A stretch of DNA of 64,000 nt, from assembly GCA_002730095.1 (NCBI GenBank), contig PBZE01000037.1, forward strand, positions 1,695-65,694. Reading direction: 5' to 3'. The position numbers and the translations under genes are program-made. The notes under the pieces are model-generated. The model worked only from the letters and a program-made list of their open reading frames with translations. It was not told the DNA's origin and did no database searches. Shown one piece after another: positions 8,701-17,584 of this stretch; positions within the stretch are counted from its first letter, which is position 1; each line of letters begins with the position of its first letter. This DNA is from Methanobacteriota archaeon. GTDB lineage: Archaea; Thermoplasmatota; Poseidoniia; Poseidoniales; Thalassarchaeaceae.

Positions 8701-11447
8701 CTTGCTCGCTCAGTATCGTCTCCAGCTGTCCAGACTTCCAGCACTTCCATGCCATCGACACCTCCGAGCCCAGCAGTGCTGATGACAGCAGCTCCGCCAT
8801 CAGTCCCTGCATACAATATAGGATATCCCTGAGAGTCATTTCCAATCAGTTCGACTGAGTTAATTTGACGTGATGGCATATCCCCTCCATCGAGGCACTC
8901 AAGGAATTCGATAGTGCCCTGACCGCTGGGCCCCCATGCACACGCGCCTCTATTTGTAGCCGCAAAAATATCCGTACCATCACTTGTGATATCGTTGAAT
9001 TCCCATGGGTCATTATTCCAACCTGGGATATTTGTGTCAAGCTGGTCCCACGATGACCCGTCCCAGATGGCGATTCCTCCGTTTGCCTGAGCACCCGTGT
9101 TAGCCACTCTTGATCCGACAACCAAGTCCCCTCCGTAAACATAGAGCGCTAGAACATCATTATCAGGGAGTCCACTATTTCCGACGGTCAATAAGTCGAT
9201 AATGTCCCCGTTTATCCTGTCTAAGATCATTATTCCAAATTCGGGGAGTCCGAGATAGAGTATATCTCCATCCACGGCAATAGGCGCGGCCTCTAGGTTG
9301 TCTGCACCGAGTGACTGCCAAGAACCAAGAATTTGGAGCTCATTTAGATCTAGTCTCATCAGCCCACTGTCGGGTGTCGCTAAGTAGGCGATCCCGTATC
9401 TTGTAACTACGTCCACAATCAAATCAGAATCCAGACCATCGCTAGTGTCATATGTGTCGACCAGACTTATCGTTGTCGTATTAATCAGGGATACTCCATT
9501 CTCTGGATGGCCCACTACCAGCAAGTCAGTATATTCATCATAGGACATCGAGACAATACTATCCGAACCAAGGCCTCCGACGCTTCCTATGTATGCACCA
9601 TTGTCATTTCCGAACCTCAAAACACCAGAATTTGATGTACCGACCCATACCCCTCCACTGCTGTCTTGCACAATGGAGGTGATTGTTTGCAGTTGCTGTC
9701 CAGAGAAGTCTGTGACATCTATCGGACTCATCCACCTTCTGCCCGAATTATTGAATCTGTCAATTATGGTATCACCAGCCACCCAAATCTGACCACTTTC
9801 ATCGTCTTCAATGCTGATTGCAACTCTCATCGGGTCTGTAACAGGGCTGCTGACAAGATACTCGATACCTATTGCGGTATCCTGGTGCTGCATCGCAGAA
9901 ACCCCAGTCGAATCAATTAGCACCGAGACGCCGACTGAGGGGCTTCTCGGACCAATTCCAGCTGGCCATGATGAAATTGACACTGCACTATCCAAAAGGC
10001 CCAGAGAGTCAACGGACTCTTGGGCTCTGAATACGCCAGCCGCAATCTCGTAGGATTGCAGGACGTTACCAGATAGAACATGAAGCCACCCATCTGAGAC
10101 GGATGTCCCGACAATATTGTTCGATGCGAGAGTATTCGCTGCTGACCACCTCGAAAGCCATGTCGATGTTGCTAAGTCTCTGCGATTGATACCAGCGTTT
10201 TCCGTGGAGATAAGTAGTTGGTTCCCCATTATCTCCAGATCAGTAACCCTATTACTTGCTAGGAAGTTGCTTGTGTCCCAGTGACTGCTCCCAGTTATTT
10301 CGATCTCCGATTGGTTACTGATTACATTGTAGTTGATTACGTGAACCCCATCATTATCCATCGAGATCATCACGGTTCCAGGAGTGAGAATTATGTCAGT
10401 GGCCTCTCCTGTCGGAAATGAGCAGAACTGATACTCCTGCCATTGAGAGGCGATACTAATGTCATTTACGCTAGGAGGGATGAATCTGACAGTACATCCG
10501 TCAACGGCCCACAGTGAGCCATCTGTGTCAGATGCGATAGCAGAAATATCCTGTAAATCCCCGATGGTAAAAGAAGGTCCATTTTCAGAATTAAAGAGAG
10601 ACTGAGTAAATAAGGTTCCATTTTCTGTCCCAACAACCAGCATCCCTCTTGACTCATCGATCCCTATGCTTCTTCCGTAGACCATCTCATCGATGTGAAT
10701 GATTCCTGGGCACCTCCAGTCACATGCCTCTGAGGCCTTACTGTCCAGATGGATCAAATCATCTCCTAGAAGGACGTACATCCTGCCATCATGGGGATTT
10801 ACCACACTTCCGTGAACGACAATCTCTAGGGGTGCAAACGAGATTCTTGGGTCTGAGGGAGTCAGTGCTTCAATAACAAGGTCAGAGATCGAAATTCCAG
10901 CAGGCAGGACCCAGGACGCGTCACTAACTGAATTAGGTTGTAGGGAGGTGGAGAGCTCACCACCAACCAGCCCAGGGGGATTGTCGCTGAATGCGTACTG
11001 ACATCCAAGCCAGTCATTACCTCGCCAATCAAGTATTGGTGTCTGACTATTCATCAAGGTTAGCTGGGGCTCGTCCACGCAGTAGCCTTCTGATCCATCA
11101 ACAGCTATCTCGAAGGTCAGATTAGAAATCTCCGCACCAGGGGCGAAATCCAAGAACAAGTCAGAATAGGCATAAGTTTGATTTGAAGGATTGGCACCAG
11201 AGGCTACCAAATCTATCCATCCGGTGTCGTTGTATCCGGAAGAACCCCAGACTCTAGTTGAAACCTCGAATGACTCATCTTCTTCTCTTAGTTCGTGATC
11301 TGAGAATGATGTCCAAGGCAACAACACCATCAGGGCCACTAGCAGTAAAGCACTCCTTTTCGAGGACATGCCAGAGGCCGAACCTAGTGTATGCACGGTG
11401 GTTCGGCGTTCTATCACTATATTGAATGGTGTGGGTCGTTGAGCCAT
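2727..11447 (-). CDS. giant (2906 aa) membrane-anchored surface protein: signal peptide, long beta-propeller-like repeat region, six FN3-like modules, one TM helix and an acidic cytoplasmic tail
   Basis: Single uninterrupted ORF. Signal-like segment SKRSALLLVALMVLLPWTSF (alternative ATG at 11369). About 1900 aa of recurring Gly/Asp/Trp-rich short-strand repeats; a propeller fold is inference. Six modules carry a (V/I)xW...Y.(V/I)(F/W) signature, e.g. GGVLEVTWLPAEDAAWNGYRIFVWD, GGRVEVTWQANTEEDCSFYTVYALP, GTKIDIVWNRSTAPDFDFYTVWVSD, GSQIDITWDLSQDPQVVSYRVFVSLD. TM helix LISVISAMMVLAGAVLFI is followed by about 150 aa of very D/E-rich tail. Confidence 0.9.
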   Translation of the reverse strand: MAQRPTPFNIVIERRTTVHTLGSASGMSSKRSALLLVALMVLLPWTSFSDHELREEDESFEVSTRVWGSSGYNDTGWIDLVASGANPSNQTYAYSDLFLDFAPGAEISNLTFEIAVDGSEGYCVDEPQLTLMNSQTPILDWRGNDWLGCQYAFSDNPPGLVGGELSTSLQPNSVSDASWVLPAGISISDLVIEALTPSDPRISFAPLEIVVHGSVVNPHDGRMYVLLGDDLIHLDSKASEACDWRCPGIIHIDEMVYGRSIGIDESRGMLVVGTENGTLFTQSLFNSENGPSFTIGDLQDISAIASDTDGSLWAVDGCTVRFIPPSVNDISIASQWQEYQFCSFPTGEATDIILTPGTVMISMDNDGVHVINYNVISNQSEIEITGSSHWDTSNFLASNRVTDLEIMGNQLLISTENAGINRRDLATSTWLSRWSAANTLASNNIVGTSVSDGWLHVLSGNVLQSYEIAAGVFRAQESVDSLGLLDSAVSISSWPAGIGPRSPSVGVSVLIDSTGVSAMQHQDTAIGIEYLVSSPVTDPMRVAISIEDDESGQIWVAGDTIIDRFNNSGRRWMSPIDVTDFSGQQLQTITSIVQDSSGGVWVGTSNSGVLRFGNDNGAYIGSVGGLGSDSIVSMSYDEYTDLLVVGHPENGVSLINTTTISLVDTYDTSDGLDSDLIVDVVTRYGIAYLATPDSGLMRLDLNELQILGSWQSLGADNLEAAPIAVDGDILYLGLPEFGIMILDRINGDIIDLLTVGNSGLPDNDVLALYVYGGDLVVGSRVANTGAQANGGIAIWDGSSWDQLDTNIPGWNNDPWEFNDITSDGTDIFAATNRGACAWGPSGQGTIEFLECLDGGDMPSRQINSVELIGNDSQGYPILYAGTDGGAAVISTAGLGGVDGMEVLEVWTAGDDTERARTVKIGEILYLGFENTGIARYDLANEVWLTTWDGSQGYIDDDDVTTLIPGRQSGTLWAGGDFGLTLIDVVNDTVLINWGRGVNANGPSIPSRSPADMVIVGDVLHYSTQRSNQWWNSNDEIYRIALNNNTSLTTLDAGSRIGSNSRVYGMGVVGDELWIGVRPTQSWNDGEGTIVRWNTNNETWQDDLPTIGNVQRVNARLLGDCFPLNTTSCEMWVAYGDNIMRRFQYSSMTLLDEWDDFPGPVRGMEEFNGEYLFATMEGIYRWNPVNETFETEWTENDGLPNNTEDEFFSMEIVGDDLWVASHQQGSWNSNAQILTKNGTTGNWTVWDLGSGDIPGGYGADILVCDDIIHFAIGRLSWWGNQGGVARFDMADHDSDGVIGEWIDPLTEGGSNGLSDNDPRALACDEANKILYIGFDTDGVGLDRYNYNTGSFLSTLTSADGISEDRIFPGGMLHDGNVLLSAHQYEDTGGISRVITSGTSVTGGAILSPGMDGCSIVRVPANTPTYAIGRSGQTTGLNRVDRLDSSGLIASGFDELAGLSSGRVVEFASNSTHVWVASAFDSNSFYATSILQGTILQNGSVRWEYGYNLLDDDVINSMLLDGDTMWVTTAGRGLYSIDLNQRSYAPLPPALHGQMDGMVFDDDDGMLYVGLMGNDGSAAGFQTFDTSLDSWGDGSLLAGLPNDIVKDFVAFGDKILSATWGGIAVYNNTLSEWEDPITTFDGLPISIYEHLLVVDIPSQGDVILAGGPSGITILDSNLTVLTTRGATDGLAGNRVSGLVYADSVTRQFTDENGVIVTEFHDEAIFVSHNGQGPTRPGVVAWDINTDSVNVTYQIDKIPSNDVRSVAADDWGVHIATDISPMVHWNSSSLDMEVGAPTNSLMSWPPSELSSHGGNLVMISPGGIDVMDAGGAHLVKSQYGLLNDPRGMDLSDDGLYLVSDDGLHHFSPVDAMVESDKSGQRAARPLNAIIGERTWEGINETARPGMTTVLVNDEQPMDIALTSESVLPGKLPMNPLALTLSSPETGAWVMAKSSVLNYSGSWDMQMMNPGIQAAFQSAISQVGPGSSSVETHIQLQSPNDGKMKVRITYDWDRIEVPTSIVNMTDRPNDGGGVLEVTWLPAEDAAWNGYRIFVWDATGREDWNPTEDELDDFSTYTSIPFWPQTSVMVTQADNDGVTETLSDDRVYRGSIAIEYPDGSIGDAIAWPGSITPTDEMPRPPDWLEAAPISGGDAGTIVVEWAMCQELDPSFTRLWAAQQEITNAFALTGEIDIPYSSGNSTVIDLPPQGVFWFAAACVDESGQYDPSNVTVFGPVTTAGGLNDGIPPSMILGTEALDVPEDEGGRVEVTWQANTEEDCSFYTVYALPASGWQPPSTVDGWPVAEYVPSCSPDSPDSDSIGVIVDSLGSSPLQDGITYWFGVVASDDWGNSDVNSVLVVEATPEANQNGTSSAPDRVEGLIAWDHPDDDGTKIDIVWNRSTAPDFDFYTVWVSDYPLNNISELNDNCESGIISCSNIVIDQRQIGGVLQLQMTIDTAMYGSSIDSLVESPISPDIPLYVAVTVHDVKGNVYLSGLDDHISIVTPVDNRGDITPPDRLSPPILEDRLADDGDGMLVTFQESFASDLYEYHIFADVVPFADATNMEPVMVVDRNSELPVTIESLSDGRSLAPSIMTWVTVVPVDSSGNSWLTNLRTSSIALVDENSLDPGLHLPEVTGVRGYWDSSGSQIDITWDLSQDPQVVSYRVFVSLDPFEDIRNATPVSSIIDIENFDIKGNLLILDELQGEPLDNALSYWVVVVAFDGEVSRLAVDPLEILPWSESSFGSSDGEEGEGGVSWIDQLMSGDMNTLISVISAMMVLAGAVLFIRPRRESAPQPWEMGALEVELEEQMMRESSGLSEDEEFGMDELELTSDSLGSEFDSPSVEYDDSVENTIVQPIGGEFADTTPQPSPDVSDELLGMEEDDLDIDDLDGLADDLDFDDLDGLADDLDDML
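2736..2807 (-). repeat. tandem 2 x 36-nt in-frame duplication encoding DDLDGLADDLD(F/D) at the extreme C-terminus of the giant protein
   Basis: Copy 1 (2807-2772) is GAT GAT CTT GAT GGC TTA GCT GAT GAT CTT GAC TTC. Copy 2 (2771-2736) is GAC GAC CTT GAC GGT CTA GCC GAC GAT CTT GAT GAT. Eleven of 12 residues are identical, while 8 codons differ only synonymously. Confidence 0.85.
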
Positions 11448-11525
11448 ACATGCTTACATCCACCGTAGGTGGAAATCCGAGATTAGTACTCCCAAACCCA
11501 TACCAATAAACGCTTACTAATCGGC

Positions 11526-11540
11526 TGATAATATATTTGC
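11526..11540. promoter_or_regulatory. candidate TATA-like element in the divergent giant-gene / maeB intergenic region
   Basis: The sequence tgATAATATATTTgc is the only strongly AT-rich patch in the 149-bp divergent spacer. It lies about 60 nt upstream of the maeB ATG. No transcription start data are available. Confidence 0.3.
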
Positions 11541-11596
11541 ACGTCTTAGGATAGCATCAAAGAGGGGAGGGTAGGACGGATTTACGGGTTGTCAGC

Positions 11597-13879
11597 ATGA
11601 CAGATGAGAGGCTCCGTGAGGAAGCGCTGGAATATCACTCTACAAAACCAGCTGGAAAAATTACCGTTGTTCCAACAAAACCACACGGCACATCACATGA
11701 ATTATCTCTCGCTTATTCACCAGGAGTAGCCTTTCCTTGCAAGGAAATTGAGATCGATTCCGACAGCGCCTACAAATATACATCAAAGGGTAATCTAGTT
11801 GCAGTGGTGAGCAATGGAACTGCAGTATTAGGACTAGGGGACATCGGCCCTCTAGCAGGAAAACCCGTAATGGAAGGAAAGGGACTCTTGTTCAAGGCCT
11901 TTGCAGATATAGATGTCTTCGATATTGAAGTTGATAAGAAGGATGTGGATGGATTTGTTGAAACCGTGAAAGCCATTTCTCCAACTTTTGGTGGAATAAA
12001 TCTGGAGGATATCAAAGCTCCAGAGTGCTTCGAAATAGAGAAGAGACTCGTCGAAGAACTTGATATTCCGGTCATGCACGATGATCAGCATGGAACAGCA
12101 ATCATCTCAGGCGCGGCACTGATAAATGGGCTGGAGTTAGTTGACAAGGAAATTTCCAAGGTCAAGGTAGTGATTTCAGGAGCAGGGGCCTCTGCAATAT
12201 CGTGTGCCCGACACTATGTAAGATTGGGTGTTAAGAAGAGTAACATAATCATGGTAGATTCTACAGGTATTCTTACAGAAAATAGAAAGAAAAATGGTGA
12301 TTTGAACGAGTACAAAGAGGAATTTGCTAGAGTGCTTCCCGATGGTGGTCTATCGGATGCGTTAGCCGAAAGCGATGTCTTCTTGGGATTGTCAAAGGGA
12401 GGACTAGTTACACCAGAAATGATCAAGAAAATGGCAGAAAGGCCCCTAATTTTCGCCTTAGCAAATCCTGATCCAGAGATTCTTCCCGAGGACGTAATCT
12501 CAGTAAGAGACGATGCCATCATAGCTACTGGAAGGTCGGACTATCCCAACCAGATTAACAATGTTTTAGGATTTCCATATATCTTCAGAGGGGCCTTGGA
12601 TGTCAGAGCCACCCGCATTACTGAGGGAATGAAGATGGCTGCAACAATGGCGATTGCAGAGCTAGCCAGGGAACCAGTTCCCGATGACGTACTTTCGGCC
12701 TACAATGGCGAGCAGTTACAATTTGGCCCCGAATACATAATCCCCAAACCGTTTGATGCCAGAGTTCTGATTTGGGAGGCGAGCGCGGTCGCAGCGGCAG
12801 CAGTTGAGGAAGGAGTATCTGGAATCGATAAGAGCTCTTTCGATTATGAGAGGTACAGAGAAGAGCTTGAAGCAAGGTTAGGGCTTACTAGGTCAATAAT
12901 GAGGAGAGTTATTAACAGAGCGAAGAGGGATAAAAAGAGAATAGTATTCTGTGAGGGAGAAGATCCTACTGTGATTAAAGCAGCATCCCAATGCATTTCA
13001 GAGGGAATCTGCGAGCCTATTTTACTTGGCAATATTGACAGAATCGAGGCAGTGAAGGAAGAACTAGGGCTCAGCTTCAAATGCGAGGAAATTGATGTTA
13101 GATATGACCCGAGGAGAAGAGGTTCCTATGCTGAGGAGCTCCATAAAATACGAGGTAGAAAGGGAATCACGATGGAAGATGCCACCAGGTTGATGAAGAA
13201 CTCCACTTACTTTGCACCTATGATGGTTCATATGGGGGATGCAGATGGATACTTGGGAGGGGTCTCACATCATTATCCAGACATCGTAAAACCCTGTCTC
13301 CAGATCATAGGTCCTGAGAAGGACTCTCATAGAATAGTTGGGATGTACATGATGACAGTTAATGGTGAGCTGATGTTTATTGGTGACGCAACCATAAATA
13401 TCTACCCAGATTCAAGAACTTTGGCAGAGATAGCCGTTCAGACTGCCAAGGTTGCTAGAAGATTCGGGGTAAAGCCCAAGGTTGCAATGCTTTCTTTCTC
13501 CAATTTTGGAACGTCCTCTGAGATGAGGACAGATAGGGTGGAGGAAGCTATCTCAATAGCTCGAGAATTAGATCCAGAACTGATCATAGATGGGCCGATG
13601 CAGGCAGATACTGCACTTGTCAGTGATATTCAGAAAGAATACCCATTCATGTCATTCGAAGGCCCTGCTAATGTTCTAATCTGTCCAAACCTAGCATCAG
13701 CAAATATTGCCTACAAACTGTTGCAGAGGATTGCAGGCGCTGAGATGACAGGACCTATCCTCGAGGGACTCTCCAAACCAGCCCATGTCCTGCAACGAGG
13801 AGATAGTGTTAGAGATGTCGTACACATGGCAGCTATCTGTGCTGTAGACGCTCAGAGGCACGACTGGCAGAAGCTATGA
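11597..13879 (+). CDS. maeB: NADP-dependent malic enzyme, MaeB type (malic enzyme domain plus C-terminal phosphotransacetylase-like domain)
   Basis: 760 aa. The N-terminus [20 protein letters not shown]...[10 protein letters not shown]...[14 protein letters not shown]...[10 protein letters not shown]...GAGASAI is typical of small-type malic enzymes. The C-terminal 330 aa resemble a PTA domain ([16 protein letters not shown]...). Confidence 0.9.
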   Translation: MTDERLREEALEYHSTKPAGKITVVPTKPHGTSHELSLAYSPGVAFPCKEIEIDSDSAYKYTSKGNLVAVVSNGTAVLGLGDIGPLAGKPVMEGKGLLFKAFADIDVFDIEVDKKDVDGFVETVKAISPTFGGINLEDIKAPECFEIEKRLVEELDIPVMHDDQHGTAIISGAALINGLELVDKEISKVKVVISGAGASAISCARHYVRLGVKKSNIIMVDSTGILTENRKKNGDLNEYKEEFARVLPDGGLSDALAESDVFLGLSKGGLVTPEMIKKMAERPLIFALANPDPEILPEDVISVRDDAIIATGRSDYPNQINNVLGFPYIFRGALDVRATRITEGMKMAATMAIAELAREPVPDDVLSAYNGEQLQFGPEYIIPKPFDARVLIWEASAVAAAAVEEGVSGIDKSSFDYERYREELEARLGLTRSIMRRVINRAKRDKKRIVFCEGEDPTVIKAASQCISEGICEPILLGNIDRIEAVKEELGLSFKCEEIDVRYDPRRRGSYAEELHKIRGRKGITMEDATRLMKNSTYFAPMMVHMGDADGYLGGVSHHYPDIVKPCLQIIGPEKDSHRIVGMYMMTVNGELMFIGDATINIYPDSRTLAEIAVQTAKVARRFGVKPKVAMLSFSNFGTSSEMRTDRVEEAISIARELDPELIIDGPMQADTALVSDIQKEYPFMSFEGPANVLICPNLASANIAYKLLQRIAGAEMTGPILEGLSKPAHVLQRGDSVRDVVHMAAICAVDAQRHDWQKL

Positions 13880-13968
13880 CCATATCTCGGATTTTACATG
13901 CAAAACCCAACATTGTGAGCCAACATATCCCTTGCCGAACACTACTTTCTCTTGTTAGCTCAGAAGGC

Positions 13969-14778
13969 TCAATCCTTGTACGGAACCCCTAATGTTTCCG
14001 CTATTTCTCCGGGATCAATGAAATTTGGCAGAGTCATCTTGGTGATATCGATTTTCCAGCGTCCTTCTTCCCCCTCTCCAAAAATGGCATGATTAATTAT
14101 TTCCGAGTAAGTATCCGACTCGTCATTATATGATGTAGTCACCCATTCCCTTACTTCCAAAGCCTCGGCGATTGGACGCATCTCATCGTTGACTCGCCTA
14201 CTGAACAAGATTGTTTCATAATACAGAATACCATTCTCGTGATCTACTCTAAGCCTTCTCTTTGCTAATGCATTTCCAACAAGGTAATACCCAAAAATTG
14301 TGAATATCATACCGACGGATTGGGAGAGGCAGACTGCCCCCGTGCCAGCTCCGGAAAACAGTTGCATGAATCCATACATCAATGCCCCCGGGCCAATTAA
14401 TAGGAGTGGAAGTAGGAAAATGGAGAGTAAAATCGGCCCCAAAGAGCTTCGATGACCACCAAAAACCACGCTTTCCCTACCTTCTGGTCGTGGATTTCCT
14501 GACAGGGATTTCTTAGGCCTCGGATCCCATCCTGTCAGGCTTGAAAAGCCAGTTCCCACCATCAACAAACCCCCAATGACAAAGGGAGCGGAAATTACAA
14601 TTGAACCAATCAATAGTCCTAAAGATTGGGAATTAACCCCGTCATCGATTATCCATTCTATGAACATAAATGGAAAATACAAGGGAATCAGGAAAAACAA
14701 TCCAAAAATAATATACCCTAGTCCACTAAAAACGTGAAGTCCATCAGGTGAATATGAGTTATAATCTTCCTCTTCCAC
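13969..14778 (-). CDS. hypothetical membrane protein (4-5 TM) with a soluble C-terminal domain
   Basis: 269-aa ORF with several long hydrophobic segments (GLGYIIFGLFFLIPLYFPFMFI, LGLLIGSIVISAPFVIGGLLMVG, ILLSIFLLPLLLIGPGALMYGF). I recognise no family motif. Confidence 0.55.
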   Translation of the reverse strand: MEEEDYNSYSPDGLHVFSGLGYIIFGLFFLIPLYFPFMFIEWIIDDGVNSQSLGLLIGSIVISAPFVIGGLLMVGTGFSSLTGWDPRPKKSLSGNPRPEGRESVVFGGHRSSLGPILLSIFLLPLLLIGPGALMYGFMQLFSGAGTGAVCLSQSVGMIFTIFGYYLVGNALAKRRLRVDHENGILYYETILFSRRVNDEMRPIAEALEVREWVTTSYNDESDTYSEIINHAIFGEGEEGRWKIDITKMTLPNFIDPGEIAETLGVPYKD

Positions 14779-14862
14779 GAAGAGAAAGATAACTCAATCA
14801 TATTTGAAATAATTGCCGGCATCTCTTTCCGTACCACTGGCGTTGAACAATCGCTATGAATT

Positions 14863-14874
14863 AAAAATCCAAAA
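14863..14874 (-). terminator. possible archaeal oligo-T terminator after the L7Ae-S28e-L24e operon
   Basis: The minus strand reads TTTTGGATTTTT 27-38 nt downstream of the rpl24e stop. Archaeal termination commonly uses T-runs. Confidence 0.35.
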
Positions 14875-14900
14875 TCAACTCAGATTATGAAATCAGGGTA

Positions 14901-15101
14901 TTACTTAATGCCACCCTTAACGTATCTCTGGGTCCACTTCATCCTTCGTGGGTTTCTCTTGAGCTTGAGAGCGTTCTTCCTAGCCTTACTATCTCTGAAC
15001 CACATCACTGATCCATCTCTCTTTACGTACATCATGCCTGTTCCAGGCTCAATTTCCTCACTTGTGAAGCTACATACTCTTGTCTCTGGCATCATCAACA
15101 C
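14901..15101 (-). CDS. rpl24e: 50S ribosomal protein L24e
   Basis: MPETRVCSFTSEEIEPGTGMMYVKRDGSVMWFRDSKARKNALKLKRNPRRMKWT is a classic L24e sequence. It is the last gene of the conserved archaeal L7Ae-S28e-L24e operon. The true start is probably the third or fourth Met. Confidence 0.9.
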   Translation of the reverse strand: MLMMPETRVCSFTSEEIEPGTGMMYVKRDGSVMWFRDSKARKNALKLKRNPRRMKWTQRYVKGGIK

Positions 15102-15102
15102 C

Positions 15103-15336
15103 TCATCGATTTCCTAGGCGACGTGCCTCTCTGCCAGTATCTTTCAGCATCAGAACATCCCCCACCCTTACGGGACCTAGAACATTTCTTGAGATGATTC
15201 TACCGATATCCCGAGGGTTGTTCGAGTCATCGACTCTAACCTTGACTTGAATGGCCTCTCCGCTCATACCGGTTCTTCCAACAATTTCAACGACCTCTGC
15301 GGGCCATGATTCTTGAGCCAAACTTCCAGCCTCCAA
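15103..15336 (-). CDS. rps28e: 30S ribosomal protein S28e
   Basis: [24 protein letters not shown]...[29 protein letters not shown] matches the S28e pattern. It is 1 nt from the neighbouring genes on each side. Confidence 0.9.
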   Translation of the reverse strand: MEAGSLAQESWPAEVVEIVGRTGMSGEAIQVKVRVDDSNNPRDIGRIISRNVLGPVRVGDVLMLKDTGREARRLGNR

Positions 15337-15337
15337 T

Positions 15338-15727
15338 TTACTTCGACAAGGCCTCGTAGTGACCCTTCACTTCGTTGAATATGTCCTGAGCCTCTTTACC
15401 CACTTCCAGAACGGCTATTGCGGCAGTCCTAGTACCAGCAGTCATTCCAGCAGAATCAGCCAGATATCCCTGGTCTTCTACGTAGATGAATGGAATTTGC
15501 TTTTCTTTGCAAATCATTGGGACATGAGCTAGCAGCTCACCCGGATTGACATTCTCCGCCATTACGATCATTGTGGCACTACCTCTCTCGGCAGCCTTGG
15601 TGACCTCATTGGCGCCTTTCTTGATTCTGCCTCTTCCGTCCTTTCCAATCGCTTTCACAAGTTCGTAAACTTGTTCTTGTATGTCTTTCGGGGTCTCAAA
15701 CGCTATATGAACACTCATTGGATACAT
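15338..15727 (-). CDS. rpl7ae: 50S ribosomal protein L7Ae (K-turn binding)
   Basis: [50 protein letters not shown] is the L7Ae/L30e signature region. Confidence 0.9.
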   Translation of the reverse strand: MYPMSVHIAFETPKDIQEQVYELVKAIGKDGRGRIKKGANEVTKAAERGSATMIVMAENVNPGELLAHVPMICKEKQIPFIYVEDQGYLADSAGMTAGTRTAAIAVLEVGKEAQDIFNEVKGHYEALSK

Positions 15728-15807
15728 CTCCTCGTGCTGGGTAAGCCGTCGCAGGACATGACCGATATAAACGCAACGTATTGTATGACATCACTCGGAT
15801 GGGCGAA

Positions 15808-16761
15808 TCAGCCAATCATTTCCTTGATTCCTCTAGCTAGAGCGGGTGCAGAACTGACCACAGATCTAGGATTTCTCAAGGAGTCTGTTGTGTATACTCC
15901 GTCGACGTGATTCGCCAACTTGGAAAGAGCCCCTCCTGTGAATAATCCATGCGTACAAGCAGCATAAACCGCCTTTGCCCCCTGTCTCCTAAGAGCATCA
16001 CTGGCTCTACAGATGGTACCTCCTGTACTGATCATATCATCAACTATTGCAACGACCTTACCATTCACATCTAGATCCTTGGCCTGATGCTCTATTGTGT
16101 GTGCATCAATCCTGGTCTTTTCGAGGTAGCTGAATTCCCAACCACCTATATTTGCCACCTCAGTAGCCCTGTCAATAGCACCCTTGTCAGGGCTAAGGAT
16201 GAAATCAGGATTGACTTCTTGCTCGAGAATACGTGCAATTTCAGGCATTGAGCTGACAAATTCTATTGGAAAGCCGGAACCATCCAGTACTTTCGGCTCA
16301 TGGAGGTCCAAGATTACCATCCCATCACAGCTACTACCTAGAATTTCTGAAATTACTCTGGCTGAGATTGTCTCTCCCGGTGAGAATCTCTTGTCTTGTC
16401 TAGCATATCCGTAATATGGCACAGCGAGGTAAACTCCCGGCCCAACATCGTCCAATTTCTGCGCTCCCTCTTGTTTGAAATTCTCAAGGTCCCCCCTTCG
16501 AATATCGTTTATCGCTTCAAGCATCAGGATTGTCCTCATTATTCCAGAATCAGGAAATGTGTTTGATACGAGGATTACAGGTTCCGATCTAATGACTCCG
16601 AAACTCTCACTTGGAATTCTAACATATCCCTCTCCATCAGGAAACTTCCTGCTTTCAATTAGAACGGATTCCATCTCAAGAATTTGCGACAGAGAGATGG
16701 CCAACTCACGGCCTGATGAGCCGCTTAAGACTGGCATGTGACAAGAAGGCGAACCGAGCAT
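15808..16761 (-). CDS. prs: ribose-phosphate pyrophosphokinase (PRPP synthase)
   Basis: AVPYYGYARQDKRF and the PRPP-binding loop VAIVDDMISTGGTICRASDALRRQGAKAVYAACTHGLF. Confidence 0.9.
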   Translation of the reverse strand: MLGSPSCHMPVLSGSSGRELAISLSQILEMESVLIESRKFPDGEGYVRIPSESFGVIRSEPVILVSNTFPDSGIMRTILMLEAINDIRRGDLENFKQEGAQKLDDVGPGVYLAVPYYGYARQDKRFSPGETISARVISEILGSSCDGMVILDLHEPKVLDGSGFPIEFVSSMPEIARILEQEVNPDFILSPDKGAIDRATEVANIGGWEFSYLEKTRIDAHTIEHQAKDLDVNGKVVAIVDDMISTGGTICRASDALRRQGAKAVYAACTHGLFTGGALSKLANHVDGVYTTDSLRNPRSVVSSAPALARGIKEMIG

Positions 16762-16795
16762 CCTTCATGACGCTACCGCTTGTTTTGTCACAAGA

Positions 16796-16873
16796 TGGTG
16801 GGCATGACAGGATTTGAACCTGTGGCCTCCCGGTTATCAGCCGGGTGCTCCAGCCAAACTAAGCTACACGCCC
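16796..16873 (-). tRNA. tRNA-Ile (anticodon GAU), CCA encoded
   Basis: The reverse complement reads GGGCGTGTAGCTTAGTTTGGCTGGAGCACCCGGCTGATAACCGGGAGGCCACAGGTTCAAATCCTGTCATGCCCACCA. There is a 7-bp acceptor stem (GGGCGTG/CATGCCC with one G-U). The anticodon stem CCCGG/CCGGG carries loop CTGATAA. The T-arm is GGTTCAAATCC. No intron. Confidence 0.85.
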
Positions 16874-16910
16874 TTGAGCAATCACCCGACATGGGAGTCT
16901 GATTTGAAAC

Positions 16911-17510
16911 CTACTCTAGAGCATCGAACTCTTCAGCGTCTTCGCCATTGAGCTTTAGGTAGCTTGGAAGAGTAGTCAGGCGCTTTACGGTACATCTCAA
17001 TATGACCTCGTCCAATCTCGATGTAGTTCTGGCCAATTGCCCTACTGGGATAATCAGGGTATCAGGTAGTCCATGCTTCTTCTTGACCATGAAATGAGGG
17101 TTTACTACGACCCCTCTGTAAGTTCTCTTGATCTTGACCATCCCGACAACATTGCCAATATCAATTCCGTCATTGTCAAGTACAGCTCGATCCAACAATT
17201 CATCTGGAGCGAACAACTCTTCCGATATCCTCACTGTATTTCTCCATCTTCTTTGCAGTTCTCTCATCGATTTCGAGAGCTTTATCGCCCCATCAGGTCT
17301 GATACTGTGTACAAGCTCTTTGGATAGAGGTGCACTATCAGCGGGCTTCCTCATGAATTCCTCTGCAATTCCAGGCACGACTTGCAATCTCAATGATTGT
17401 ACGCATTCGTCCCTCGGATGAAATCTCTCTCCCGTAATCACGCCTACGAATTTGTCCCCAACATAGACGTCTCTCTGTAGCAATTCTTGGATTCTGTATT
17501 CATCGTTCAT
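16911..17510 (-). CDS. PRC-barrel domain protein (two barrel-like halves)
   Basis: 199 aa. RDVYVGDKFVGVITGERF and AVLDNDGIDIGNVVGMVKIK resemble the G-x-x-(I/V)-G-x-V core of PRC barrels. Pattern-level call only. Confidence 0.5.
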   Translation of the reverse strand: MNDEYRIQELLQRDVYVGDKFVGVITGERFHPRDECVQSLRLQVVPGIAEEFMRKPADSAPLSKELVHSIRPDGAIKLSKSMRELQRRWRNTVRISEELFAPDELLDRAVLDNDGIDIGNVVGMVKIKRTYRGVVVNPHFMVKKKHGLPDTLIIPVGQLARTTSRLDEVILRCTVKRLTTLPSYLKLNGEDAEEFDALE

Positions 17511-17584
17511 CTTCTCACCAACCAGACTTGAGCTGCATCCCCCGCGCTTCCTCTCTATCCATTCAGAGTGCGGATTAGCACTTA

